A stretch of 64,000 nucleotides of DNA from Neodothiora populina (Eukaryota), in contig NW_027191405.1 in assembly GCF_041146345.1 (NCBI RefSeq), positions 1,426,001-1,490,000 of the forward strand, read 5' to 3'. This document shows positions 10,938-24,018 of the stretch, piece after piece. Under the pieces are notes generated by a model that saw only the letters and a program-made list of their open reading frames with translations, was not told the DNA's origin and ran no database searches. The translations under genes and the position numbers were made by a program. How positions within the stretch are numbered: the first letter of the stretch is position 1; each line of letters starts with the position of its first letter.

Positions 10938-13431
10938 AGCTCGGGATACCGGAAGGGCCTCTCGGGAGGGTTTATATAGCTTAAGTTGCAAGTGATGTTC
11001 CCCACTAGAAAGACACTCTGTTCGTATCATTGTTTTTCTTGCTGCCACCCCTTGATAGTGTGATCCATCCACCACCGAGCGTGACCATGCCATCGCAGTC
11101 TTTTCAGATCAGTGGACCTGATGTGCTCTCTCTTGCAGAAAATGATATGAAGTAAAGGATGATCAGGAGATATATAAGGAGAATCGCTGCTGTCGACGCG
11201 ACTCACCAGGCTGCACCCATCCGTCTGACTTACTAGTACTTTTACTGCTCTGCCACATCAATCATGTCCAAAAGGAATGTTACGTCGTGAGCCTTCGTAC
11301 GCACTCATTCTTGCTCACGTAGGACTGACAACTAGCGAGCTCTGCAAACCCCATACGTCCTGGTCACCATAGAGAATGAAGGTAGCAACGCTGGACTCAC
11401 CTGCTACTCAATCTCTTGTCGCATCGGCATGTAGGACAGCGCTATAGTGGGCTTAAGCTGCTGTCGTACAGTCGAAAGGTGCCAACAACCTCGCCAGGGG
11501 AAAGCGACAAGTCTGGGGCGGAAGCCTCCTTGTAGCATGCAGCTTTTCGCACACCCTGTTCGTACATGGCATTATGCTGAGGAGCAACTCGTGTATGGAA
11601 TCGGATGCTGCCTCGAGGCAGTAAAAGCTGGACCAGAGGTAGTCGTAGCGCATTATCGTAAGATCGGGTCTCTCGCAAAGACGCATCGCGCGTAAGAGGT
11701 GCCGCTGCTGGCGAGTGCTGAAGCGTGGAGCCCCGATCCATGACCCTTGATGGAGTCACTTCTTTCTCTCCATTCATGCTTTCGGATGGATCCTTCGGCA
11801 GTGATTATGCCCCAGAGGATCGCACGCAGGAAAGAGATGGAAGATCAGTAATACTAGAAGTCCTTTGATTTCGGAATATGGTATGCGGTACTACCATGGC
11901 AAAAGGGCTGTGTCAGTATGCAATGAGAAGCTCAGAAGCGAAGAGCGGATCCCTCTATTGGCGACTGAGATGTGCTTCGACGCGCGAGCGGAAAGCAGTA
12001 AGATGACCAATACTCGACAACAGCCGTCGATTTACACCCTCATACACTTCACAAAGGTGACACACTATCATCAAAGGATAAAATCTGCAAGGCACTTCGG
12101 TTGCGAGCTGTAGATGAGCGTACACATCATAGTGAGAGGGCTGACCGAGAGCATAGGAGGGGTAATATGGACGAGGTGCGGTCGAGTTTGACTCTGGGCA
12201 CAGGCTTTCGTTCCTGCCTAAGCGAGGGACAGATTGTATCCGCGGAACCGAGTCAGATACCTTATGCAGTATAGTACAGTACAGTATCTCTTCTAGACTC
12301 AGAACTTTCCATTAATCATGCTATTTCGAAAAGCATGTCTAGGCGAAAAATTATGGATGATGACAAGCCTCTCATAAGTAAATGAGGATATTCTGTCGCG
12401 GGTTGAAGAACGGCATATTTGTAGCAAGACTCGAGCGCAAAGCTTACAAGGCAGAATGACAAGCAATATGATGCCCGGGAAAGAAATTTCGCCGCTTAAG
12501 CTGCAGCTTTAATGATTTTCCTCCAAAAGCTTTGTCTATCATTAACGTCGATGCTGAACTAAAAAAAAAGAAAAGATAATTGATGTACACGTCCGCCATA
12601 TCGACATATTTTATGATACCTTAACGACCTTGTATTGAGTGCATTATTAGGCGCCGTTATAAGTAACGCTGAGGCATTAGAGCGATTAAGAGACGAAGGC
12701 GAAAGCGGCATAGTCAAAGGTCTGTAGCGCGCGCCGAGGGGTGGTGTCAAGAGAGGGGATTTAGGCCGGATCATTTAGGGTATAATTGGTAAGGCGGTGT
12801 GGGAATGGAAGTTCTCGAGGCTTTGGATGGATGAGGCAGATCAAATTTGACCAATGCGTTGTTTTGATCACTTCGTCAACTGCCAGATCTAGGAGGTTGT
12901 ATGGAAGAATGCGAAAGATTCTAACCCTGATGCGCAAGCATACTCCGTACGAAACAGAATCCCGAATATTGAAGAAGGCCCATAAACAAAATGAACAAGA
13001 GTGTAATCTCTAACTTCTCTTTCGGTCTCCAATTTCCGTCTTCTTCGAGTCGTGCCCGTGGATATTGAGCGAATTCATATCAAACAATAAGACATTGACT
13101 CGCGCTCCTCTGAGAACAACAGTTGGGCTAGTGAGGTGGTTCTTCCCTCACTTTACTTACATACTTGAACATGCTCATTATACGGGCGTCTGGGACCTTG
13201 CTTTAGATAGGGGGGCCCATTCTTGTTCCATGCATCTCATGCCTAGATTGAAATTTATCATAGGATGATTGAAATTGGTATTCGTTTATTGGGGGTGTTT
13301 GTACATGTTTACCTTCGTCCTTTCCCTTTTGTTCCTCTCTCTTTCTCTCTCCTTTCCTGTCCCGAGTCTCGGGCCGCAATTCATCTTCCTCGTCACAGCA
13401 TAGTGTCGATAGATTCGCAGCACCCAGTCTT

Positions 13432-14343
13432 CTACCAGATCCCGAGCCACTTCCTAGGCGGCGGTCTCCTCTCGCCCGCCACAGCCCTAGCAGCATCCTG
13501 ACTATCCACGCCCTCAGCGCCAACAACCTCAGCACCGACCGGCCCAGCAGGCACGGCACCACCGAACGCACCCGCAAAATCCGGCCCACCCTCCTTCATT
13601 CCCGGCCCCATGACCTCGTCATCACTCTTGACACTCCAACCGCCCAGACCTTCACCCTCATCCAAGCCGTGCGCCTTTCTGTACTCGCTCCTCTTGCGCA
13701 CGTCTTCGACTTTGTGGCGTCTGTGCTCGGCCGTCTGCATCGAGACGTATTCCGTGTGCAGCTTGTAGACGCGGAAGTACTGCGTGATAAACGCAAAAGG
13801 ATGCGAGAAGAAGAAGTTGTTGGGCGGCAGCTGGTCGGCGTAGGGCGTCGAGGTCGTGAAATTTGTGAGGAATGTGAAGAAGGCGAGAGAGGTCAGGATG
13901 GACTGTTTGTGTTGGAGAAATCAGTCTTGAAATTCGGAAAAACGGAAGAAAGGGAGAAAAATTACCATGGTGATCCAAACGTGAATACTCTTGTTCGTCA
14001 GGAACCAATGCAGAAAAGTGCCCTCGGGCGGCATCATATGCGGATATCTCCTCTTCTCGCTCTGCTGCTTTTCATTTTCGCTGCGTCCGTACGTCGGCAG
14101 AGCGGCGGCGCTCGCACCCCGTCTTCTCGAGGTCGGCAGACGAGATCCGTGGGACGGAGGGTTGAACTTTGCTGGTTTCTCGAGCACAATGGGCTTGCGC
14201 GGAGGTTTTATCGATGATGAAGAGGCGTGTCGGATCAGAGTGCTTATGAGAGGGTTGTGTTGGAGTCGTTGTTGCGCTTGGAGGTGTTGGATGCTTCGAG
14301 GGGCTATACCTAGAGGCAGTCGCTGGGAGAGTCGAGATGCCAT
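13432..14343 (-). CDS. Hypothetical protein, probably mitochondrial and membrane-bound; exons 14343-13966 and 13902-13432
   Basis: Arg/Ser-rich acid-free N-terminus (MASRLSQRLPLGIAPR), KPIVLEKPAKFNPPSHGSRL and YPHMMPPEGTFLHWFLT followed by a TM segment. Intron GTAATT(13965)..CAG(13903) joins in frame to the ORF ending RKWLGIW. Confidence 0.8.
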
Positions 14344-14717
14344 GACTATCAAAGGCGAGAGCGTATAGATCGTCTGTCTAGATGGAGAATCAAAGATCAC
14401 AGAAACATCTACCGGCAATTGTCGAGCTTCGGAGGTGAAGCGGCGGAGATGGAGCCCGCACCGCCTCTTGGCATGCCAAGAGTCATGGTATACTATTCGC
14501 ATATGCGGTCGTTTTCCGTCACATGCGGTTCATGTCACTATGTCTGATCTAAGCTGCTGCATGCATAGCAGCCCTACTATTCTGCTGCTTGATATATCTG
14601 TAGATACTCGGGCCAAATCACCAAGTGTGCACGAGTCATTGCTGTCCTCGACACAGGTCAAGTCTGTCCAAGAAACAAACCGGCAGCAAACAAGACAGCA
14701 GACAAGACAGCAAACTA

Positions 14718-15859
14718 CTAATTCTGCTTCTTCAATGACCCGTTCTGTCCACTACGTTTACGAATAACCGAAGGCAGCGATGTAAACATGCTAGGCCAGC
14801 TCAGCTCGAATTCATCTTGCTTTCCGTTCAGGCAGTGACGGAGCCAGACGCCCCACACAATGTAAAAGTAGGCTCCAGTGCCGGTCATGAGATGCCTGTT
14901 CATCTTGTCAGTATGTCTTTGCAAAGGCACTCATCTCTCTCTTGTCAGACTCACCACCAGCCATGGCCTTCAAGCAAAATGCCCCAAGGCAGACCAACTT
15001 CTCTCCTCCATGCTCTCAATGTCGAGCAAAAGACATTGTCAAGCCCCCAGATGGCGAATCCGCCCAAGAAAATGGACAGTCCACATGCTATCATGAGCCA
15101 CATTGTCTTGAGGATCTTCCTGTCTCTGGCATCCTGTCTTTGCTGCTCCAAATCCTGCTCTTGTGTGTTCACAGCTTTCTTCGAAGACCTTTGCGCTTCT
15201 TCTCTTGCCTTGATGTTGGGTCGCAGGCTGATCTCCATGATGTACATGGATCGGAAGAGCACAATGGCGGTGAGGAGCGCGTACATGTTCTGGTGGAAAA
15301 CTGGGTCACCCAGGTAGTGGTAGTATCCAGTGATGAAAATGCACAGCGCAACTAGGAAAACAGCAAGCGCGACCTTGAAAGGTGTCTTTTGCTTGTGTGA
15401 GAATGTCGCGTAGAACATAAGACATGTCGTGTAAATCATGGACAGCTCATCAACAAGTTGCATGGGGTCTGTCTGCGTGTGAGTCATGCCGTCTTTGGTC
15501 GACATCTCTTGAGCATCGGCAACATACATTTCAAGGTAGAATGGAACAGGAAACTGCCCGTTCCCACAATCAAATACCCGATGAAGGTGACCAGAAAGAT
15601 TTGGTCATGTCCTTGTTGGACACAGTTCGAGATGCCTCTGAAGGCAAGCGCCACGAATAGCAGGTTGGTCAAGGTGTTGACAATTTCGGCAGAGTAGACG
15701 GTGGCATAGTAATCCTGAACGAGTATATCAGATATCGTCAATGATACATTCAACGAAAAACTAACTCACCTCTTCACACCAGTTCAGTGTCGAGGTAACA
15801 GGGCTCCAGTATCCATCCTGAGCAGGAGGATAGGGAAATGATGGTAACCAAGACTGCAT
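14718..15859 (-). CDS. Alkaline (phyto)ceramidase, Ypc1/Ydc1/ACER3 family; 4 exons
   Basis: GYWSPVTSTLNWCEE|DY..AEIVNTLTN, GSFLFHSTLK, MQLVDELSMIY and LEGHGWW|HLMTG carry the CREST-family Zn ligands. Three GT-AG introns lie near 15769, 15526 and 14954. Confidence 0.93.
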
Positions 15860-16647
15860 TCGACCTTCACCTATGGATAGCGGATCGTTCGGTCTCGGGT
15901 TCCTTGACTTTTCACAATCGAATACAATATATCCTTGTCCAGATCACGTAGTCGACGAGATGCAAAACAAAGTCAGAAATCCTCTACTGTCAACTCCACA
16001 TGAAAATGACCGTCGACGAAAACGACTGCCTGGAAATTGGTATAGACTTTGAAAGAAAGTTGGTTTTACAGCAGAGTACTTGGTACTGTGCGCATAAGGT
16101 AGTAGTAAAGCAGAAGTGGGACCATGCTACGTATAGGCGCATTTGCAGGCACAGACTCCATGTCCGACGCCTGCCGCATTAGCCCGCAAGCTACACGTGT
16201 AAGACTATTGGATATTACTGGGCATCAACAGAATGATTTTAGTGATATTACTACCCGGGATAACGGCAGGAAGAGCTACTTAATTCGTGATATCCCAGTG
16301 CAAAACCAGAACCTCCGTCGAATTTGTTAATTGATTGTTTGCATGCTTGTCAAAGACAAGTTGATCGCCGTATCTTTTTAGTTTGCCCAATCCCCATCGC
16401 TTGATTTTTGATCGACCAGAATCACATGCAAAATGCATTCTGCTTGACCACCATCTTGCGCCAGCGCGCTATGCACGTCTTTCTTGCATCGCTACCTCGA
16501 GATATTCCTTGTGCAGTATGCACTCTATCAACGAGCCTGTACCAATCTTCAGTATAACCAAGTCTGTGGGAACAGTATCTCGTCGTACTCTGCACTTACC
16601 TGTACCTAGTCATGCGCAGATGGATCGCTCAGATGATGTCATCGGCC

Positions 16648-17031
16648 TCATCCGACGGTTTGCTGTCCCTTGTACCTGTAAATCGAGAATATTCCGATCA
16701 GAGCTATTAAGCTTCCGGCGCATATGTTCACGAACCATGGTGGCATCCAGATATTGTCGTAGAACGTTTTGCCCGAATGCTTGATGACCAGTGTCTCGTC
16801 CTCGGATGGAGACATGTTTGCCTCATGATGAAATCGGTGCTGATTCTCGTCCAGTCCTTCCATACTTGCACGACGTTCTCGAGACATGCCCATGGCGGTT
16901 GAAACATGGGATCTCTTGCCCTTTCTGACATCGAAATGGGTGGTGAAAGTTGAGTTCAGTGGGCTTGTAAATTCTGGCATCTCCATGTGGGTAGGGAGCG
17001 AAGAATCTTTGTCGCTAGCAAGAGTGTCCAT
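16648..17031 (-). CDS. Possible small tail-anchored hypothetical protein (last exon only)
   Basis: 127-aa ORF with a C-terminal hydrophobic helix (WFVNICAGSLIALIGIFSIY-RYK). A CTAAT..CCAG acceptor sits just upstream in frame. No recognisable family. Confidence 0.3.
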   Translation of the reverse strand: MDTLASDKDSSLPTHMEMPEFTSPLNSTFTTHFDVRKGKRSHVSTAMGMSRERRASMEGLDENQHRFHHEANMSPSEDETLVIKHSGKTFYDNIWMPPWFVNICAGSLIALIGIFSIYRYKGQQTVG

Positions 17032-18646
17032 CTTGAGCTGGATATTAGTGAACGAGATATCGTCGTAGAAAGCAATGTATTGAGTTGTAGGAATAATGGA
17101 ACGGTACCTTCTACCTCGTTTGTTTTATCTTCTGTCAAGTGGAAAGTGAAACCATGAGTGAGGCAGCACAAAGCTATTCTGCGCCTTCCTACCATTCTAC
17201 AGTACAAACAACCATTATAGGAAAGCATCAGACAAACGGACAGCATACCTTTAGCGAAACGTGGGGTTGGAAGGCGCAGATTGCATTACACATTTGCAGA
17301 CAAACCAAAGCGCAGGGCATGAAGCTTGGCGAGACCCTACAACAAGTACAGTACCTTGAAAAGCGGCATCTAGGATACCTTACAAGACAGAGCATACCTA
17401 CTGCTTCCATGTTCAAAAAGTGAACCTCGCGATAGAAATGAGACTATCTTGGACTCCTATGAGCAAATTCCGGAGCATGCGCTCAAACGCTTTGCCAAGC
17501 ACTGACACTACTGATGCAGCGATCTAACAACTATACTAAACGGGCGTGTCGCTGTGCCAGAAAGCATAGCAAGTTGACCAGTCCCAAGTCGCCCTCAGTC
17601 GCGCTCGGCGGACTTGATAAAGCGACTGAGCACGACATTCACCCTTGCAGACTTCACTCGCAGCGTTGAAGAAAGTCCCGGCGTCAGAAGAAATCATCAT
17701 TCGTTGAGACTAACTCTTGCACGCCATAGAGCATTACACCCACAGAAATGTTGTAGCCACTTCAAGCCAACGAAGTATAGGCACAAAAGTAACACGCAGT
17801 ACTAGTACAAGCACTTCAAAAGCTCGAGTTCGGTGTTTCAGCCTACCTGATCATCCACGGTGATCGATAGCCATCCAGCCGGCATCGACTACATGCACTT
17901 ACAAAGCAGTATCGAGCTTATTCATTCGCCAATCTTGGACTATTAAAAGATAGCATGCATTAGTCGACTTTCCTGTCTCGCAGTGCGCCAGTTCACTGAC
18001 TAGCGCTGCAGGCTGCAGCCGCCATTGGAAGCAAAGGCCAAGGTGACAATGTGACCCCCGTTGGTGGGGTTGATCTCGCAATGTAGCTCGTGGACTTTTT
18101 CTCGCCCGTTCGTCGGTTCCCCCGCGTCTATGCTACACTCTTACCTTACTTCAGCTACACCTCTCACTGTGCTTTGTACTTGATTTCTCTGTGTACCGTA
18201 GGAGACAATTGGATCGATGCCGATGATACGCTCTCAATCATCTTAATAGCAGCGTTTGTGACAAGGACTGCATGCCGTTTATTATCAAAGGTAATATGAC
18301 ACATGTGCATCTACCTTGTCAGGCGATCCTTCGCTCCCTTCAGCCCCCACCCACCTAGCGAAGACTCAAGGTGTGAGAGGCTTGTACTAAGGTAGGTCCC
18401 AACTGCTGCCTGACCGGTTGCACATTATCTGATATGTGAGGCCCTCCCGTGTTGAATTGTCTTCCTTTTTCCTTCTCATCTTACACTTTCATCTCCGTTT
18501 TTGTCTCGGGTCTTATTGATCGCGCTCATCTTGTTCTCACAAGCAAGGGCTGTGTGTGTCTTTGCAATACATTACTTTGGAGCATTTCATCTATTCCCTC
18601 TTGATTCTCTTTCTTCTCTCTTATCCGCTACTCGGATAGGCAATTG

Positions 18647-20116
18647 ATGATCATGTGGGACTACGAGCACGACCACGAGCAGTGGCAATACAACCGCCCT
18701 CCACCTCCTCCTCCTCCTCCACCACGATATGTTCCTAATCCATATCGTCGCAGCGCTCATCTAAGTCCTGATCCACCCTTTGATTCTTCGCTGCATCGTT
18801 CTCGCTCTTACGGTCATGGACCTCGCCCAGAGATTAACATATACAACTATCAGGACCAGCACAATGATCAGGACCAACGCACGTCTCCACCGCCACCAGT
18901 AGCCATGGCGCCCGTGTATGAGGCAGCCTCTCGCGGCCGACAGGAGGTCAGTCTGGCGGATCAACTACTCACGGCTGAAATTGCAGGAATGCGGCTCGAC
19001 CGCATTGCAAGGTCGTCTCGTTCGCGCGGCAGGTCCGACGCGCAGCTGTTTGAGCACCATTATCATCATCACACTTCTCCACCTCCTGTGGCTGCTGCCG
19101 CAGCACCTGCACCTGCTCCCGCTCCTGTCGCTGCTGCTCCTGTCGCAGCAGGGCCAAGCTCTGACATCTACAAGTGGCAGGTAGAGCAACTAGAGCGTGA
19201 GAAGCGTGAGGCAGAACAGAGGAGATACTGGGATGCACGGAGACGCATCGATGCGGAAGAGGCTGAAGCGGAGCGGAAGCGCATTATTGACGAACACGAT
19301 CGTGCAGCGGCTGTTCGTGCGGCCCGCCAGAGGGACGAGGAACAGAAGCTCCTTGACAAGATAGAGAGAGACAAGCGAGAAGCCAAGGCAGAAGAAAAGC
19401 GCATCGTAGAGCGATACGAGCGAGAGCAGAGAGAGCAAGAGGAGCGTGAAGAAGCAGCACTGAAAGAATTCGAACGCAAGCGAAAGGAGAGAATAGAAGC
19501 GGAAGAGAAGAAGAAAAAGGCAGAGCAGGAGAAGTTGGAGACTGAGATGAGAAATCGTTTGCTGAAAGCAGGATACTCGCTTGAAGATGCCGAAGTCGTG
19601 CTCAGTGGAAAGAAGTCGAAGAAAAAGAGTAAGAGCAGCGACGAGAATGTAGTTGTTATTGAGGAATGGACCACCATCGTCCATGGCCAACCTCTTGCTC
19701 CCCCTCGCCACGTCCCGCAACATGTTCCCATCTATCCGCGGATCCACAAGAAGTATCTCGACACTCAGACGTTGATATACTACCAGATCCCATACGAGTT
19801 TGACAGGGTAAGTTTTTCCCCATTTTGTTCTTCAACACCCCCACTTCAAGATTGAGAATGAATCGGTACCTTCATAGCGGATGTAACTCACTAAACAATC
19901 AAAAAACAGGCAAACGGAGACTACATCGTCATCCTGCGCGAAATGAGCAACGCAGAGACAGAAGAGCTCTTTGACCACACGCGACGACTGCGCAAACGCC
20001 AACTGCTCCTGGAACCGGCGCCTAAAAGGGGTCAGAAGCAGTTCGCCTTTGTCCGCCCCAAGCGAGACAGAAGCAGGAGTGCAGTCAAGCGAGACATACG
20101 GATTGTCCAGTTGTAG
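18647..20116 (+). CDS. Hypothetical Pro-rich/coiled-coil protein; exons 18647-19807 and 19910-20116
   Basis: Pro-rich N-terminus and long E/R/K coiled coil. The C-terminal domain YPRIHKKYLDTQTLIYYQIPYEFDR|ANGDYIVILREMSNAETEELFDHTRRLR is joined by intron GTAAGT..CAG. Confidence 0.82.
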
Positions 20117-20612
20117 TATGACGATTACAGGATGGAAAGGAATGTGTTTCTTGCAAGTCTGGACTTTTACTTTTCTTGATCTATCATTTTGTCTTTCGAT
20201 GCGACCCCTCGTGTTGGTCGGACTTCATTATTCTTGTGAAGATTCGAGTGAGTCACGGGCGCCTCGCTTTCGGGTGATAGGATTACCTTTGACAATCTGG
20301 TTCCTTGAGTATTGTGTTCTTTGAGCGGCTCCTTCTTCACTTAGCGACGTCCATACACTGTCAACTGACTGATATACGATCTGCTACTGCGTCATTTCCT
20401 TCACTCGGTGCCGCATCACTATGCCGACGACATGCGCAGAGGAATAGAAACCATGAATATAAGAATGATGTTTATTATATCTATCTCGTCTACTTGTTCT
20501 ATCTATATTTTTTTATATCTTGCATAAATCGTATACCATGTGAGATGGAAGAGAGGAAGGTGTAACAAACGCGAGAAAAACAGCAAAATCTGGTAACACA
20601 ACACACACACAT

Positions 20613-22169
20613 CTAGACTTTCTGCCAAGTCAGCGTGTTCTTCAAGAAAACATGCCAGCCGTCCTTCTTGGCCTCTTGTTCGACGCCCTTTTCGGCAACG
20701 GCATCGATGATGGCTGCAGGGGCATCGGTGCCCATGGTGCTATTGATCCGATCCGTCTCGGCAATCTTCCACCCTCGGAGCAGAAACAGACATAGCGCTG
20801 CACCCATGTACATGAAGCCCGTGAAGAGCGACGCGCCGAGATAGCTGCCGCCTTCGCTCTGTATGGTCTCTAGTCCTATGGCTTCGGAGAAGACGCAGGG
20901 AATGACGAGGAATAGCCATACGATGTTCAAGCCGCTTGATGCGCGCTCTAGGTCCACGACTTCGGCGCATAGAGGAGAGATGGTGGCGTAGAACGTGCCG
21001 GCTACTAGGCCCTCCACTACCGCGAAGAAGATCAGGACTCCGTAGCTGTCTGCGTTGGTCCAGATGACTAGGGCGAAGAGACCTCCGACAAAGGACGCTG
21101 TCGACGCCATGTTGATTCGTCCTGTGACGTCGCTGAAGTAGCCGACCAAGGGACGCCCGATGGCTTGGCCGAGATTCATCAGTGCGGCGACGATGGCGGC
21201 TTGCGTGCCGCTGAGACCCATGCTTCTGGCGTCCGACGCGAGACTGAACAGGAGCACGATGTAGCCCAGCATGCTGAAGAAGCCGAAGCCAAGGAGAAGC
21301 CAGAACTCCATGCACTTGAACAGCTCGATGTCAAGCCTTCGCCTGGGTAGACCGATGATTGCATAGCGATCGCGGATCAAAATCGCACATACTCCATTTA
21401 CCGCAAAGGCGAGGATACCCAAGATTCGAAATGCCCATGCCAGATCAACGTTGCGGATCATAGCGTTGGTCCCAAGACTGTATATGAGTCCGCCTACACC
21501 TGAGCCGGCAGTGGCGAGACCATTGGCGAGAGATCGCTGAGTGCTGAACCATTGGCTCACGACACCCACGCTTCCCACGAAGAGAAAGCCCATCCCTATC
21601 CCAAAAGCGACTCCCTGAGACAGGAATAGTTGCCATATCTCTGTGGCGAAACTCGCGCCAATGAAGCCGCCTGCCTCGAAGATGGCTCCGATCATTAGAG
21701 CCGTGCCAGTCCCAAATCTTCGGACAACAAGGGTGACAAGCGGTGCTACCATGTAGCATAAACCGATTGACAGCCCGCCCACGAACGCATACTGTAACCG
21801 CGTGGCTCCTGGAAAAGTGTCCGTGGAGGTATAATGGGAGAGGAAAATGGAAAAAGAGCTGTTGAGTCCCCAGGTGTGGGCATTGATAAGAAACACCAAG
21901 AGAACATTAACCCAGCCATAGCCACCATCTGGAGGCGCGGAGATGGATAAATGGGTCAACACTGCTTCAAGGTCGGCCCCATCGCTTGTCTGTTGTTGCG
22001 CTATAGCATCATCCGAGTCCGAATTAGACTCGGCGCTGAAATGTGATAATGGCGACGAGACTCTTGTGTTGGTACTCGTGGTCATCAATGACTCTGGTGC
22101 CTCGCCTTTGTCTAGTGCATCGTGCGTGCCCTTCTCATTCAGTGTATCTGGAATGGTGGGCTGCGTCAT
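20613..22169 (-). CDS. MFS transporter, monocarboxylate porter (Mch-like) family
   Basis: PPDGGYGWV motif, QWFSTQRSLANGLATAGSGVGG, SDVTGRIN and ~12 hydrophobic segments. Single exon. Confidence 0.92.
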   Translation of the reverse strand: MTQPTIPDTLNEKGTHDALDKGEAPESLMTTSTNTRVSSPLSHFSAESNSDSDDAIAQQQTSDGADLEAVLTHLSISAPPDGGYGWVNVLLVFLINAHTWGLNSSFSIFLSHYTSTDTFPGATRLQYAFVGGLSIGLCYMVAPLVTLVVRRFGTGTALMIGAIFEAGGFIGASFATEIWQLFLSQGVAFGIGMGFLFVGSVGVVSQWFSTQRSLANGLATAGSGVGGLIYSLGTNAMIRNVDLAWAFRILGILAFAVNGVCAILIRDRYAIIGLPRRRLDIELFKCMEFWLLLGFGFFSMLGYIVLLFSLASDARSMGLSGTQAAIVAALMNLGQAIGRPLVGYFSDVTGRINMASTASFVGGLFALVIWTNADSYGVLIFFAVVEGLVAGTFYATISPLCAEVVDLERASSGLNIVWLFLVIPCVFSEAIGLETIQSEGGSYLGASLFTGFMYMGAALCLFLLRGWKIAETDRINSTMGTDAPAAIIDAVAEKGVEQEAKKDGWHVFLKNTLTWQKV

Positions 22170-24018
22170 CGGTTCTGGCGTCGATTTGCACCACTGTCTA
22201 CACTATCAACCTATGCTGGTGGAGGGGGGATAGATCCAGAATTGCGGTTAGTATATTGTTCAATGAAGAACTGAAAGTGGTGTAGAATCGTAGCTCAGAG
22301 GACACCGGATATTAGTGGTATAGAGTCAAAATGACAAACGTCTCAGGCCGTGATTGTAGTATTAGCAATTCAGACTCTCCCTTAAAGCCTTGACGATAAA
22401 CGCGGAATCTACTGCCTTAATACGGCAAACTAAGTCCAGCGAGTCTTGGTCCTGTCAAGTGAACTTAAAGGAAGCTTCGGTCTGCGCGTGTGGCGGATGA
22501 CCTCAGACAGAAAATCGTGCGTATCTCGGGCGGCGACGAAAGTCAAAGTATTGCAGGAACTGTGAAAACACCCGATGGACTGATCGCAAAAAGGGACAAA
22601 GGAATGATTACGGAGAGAAAATTCGAGTAGCCTGACCTACAATTGAGTGTCCTCATCGCACACCACAGCACCTCATTTTCCTGTCACATTTTGACTCACA
22701 GTAGCCCAGTCGGATCATGTCTGCTTCGGCAAGCGAGAATGGGACCGAAGGTCCTCGTTGTGCGCCACGCATCTGCTTCCTCTGTGACTTTTTCCCCCAG
22801 TGACGATGATGCTACCAAGACAAAAACGTTAAACTCACATACCGTGCTTTTAGCTTAATGATACCCCAACGGGAAGGAATTGGGTGGATCTCCTGAAGTG
22901 TCCTAGCGTTTCTTATCATATGCGAGGTCATGCCCGTCGGGCATCCATCGCAATACTCTTGGATACACCAATTCAATGCGCAATGGCAGTCTTCTCGCAA
23001 ATCAGTAGAGGTTGAGTGACAGCGATGGTACAGCGCGTCGTTGAGCAGATGTTTGTTAGTTACGGTCATAATAGGCATATTGACGCTAGGTATTGTGGAT
23101 ATGTGAGGCGGAATCATAGAACGCCGCTATCTTGCGATCTAGACAAGCAACGCAAAGGCCGACAATCCTCTCGTGCGAGTTTCGGCGTTCACGTTGTTTC
23201 GCCAAGAACAGATTACCAAAACAAACCCGAAGTTCCATGAAAGCTCCGGGCTGGGCTCTTTCAATAACAGTGAGGTCGAGGATGGCGAACAAGCAAGTAG
23301 GCGACGTGCGACGTGGCACTGGTGAATGTGGCCTGTTGTCTGTAGTCTATTGCCATTTCCGGAGCTGGGCAGAGCGTGGCATCATTGCGAGGAAGGATAA
23401 TAGGAAGCCGAGATCAAACATAACCGGTTGTATGCCCATAAGAATGAGGATTTCATATCATGTCGACTTTTCGCAGAAGGAGGACGCAAGATGTAGGTAA
23501 GACTGGAGGGTTAACATCCAGGGATATTACAACAGCTTCCTAGTCTATAATGTCGCCAATCCCGCTGAAGTGTCGGTCCAGCGGAGCAACACGCAAGGCA
23601 AGCTCGGGTGCATCATAGTATTTCGCAGATCGGGATACTATATCCACCGTGTGTGCTCTGTCGCTGCGTCAGCATGCAATGTATAGATCGCACGTACCGA
23701 GTGTTTACACACCTTGCGGTGAATTATCTAATCAACAGAACAAGCGAATAAATTTGGCGGACAAGGTTCATCAATCTCCTGGATGTTTCGCCGAATGTCC
23801 TCCTACTGGAAGCTCCATCGTACGAGAAAGCTCATTTGTAGTGTGGGAGCAATTACATACGCATTCGAAACCTTCTTCGACATCCGCCGCGAACACCAAA
23901 CAGGATCGTATCATCTTTTGTGAACAGCTACTTGGGTTGTGGCAGCTCTAAACTCGTGCTTTGATTCTTGTAGAAACTTGCATTATATCGATAGAAGTTA
24001 GACCGAGGAGGTCGTTCA

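Noticed and set aside
14683..14716. 12-bp repeat CAGCARACAAGA x3
   Set aside because: Short minisatellite next to the ceramidase stop with no evidence of function.
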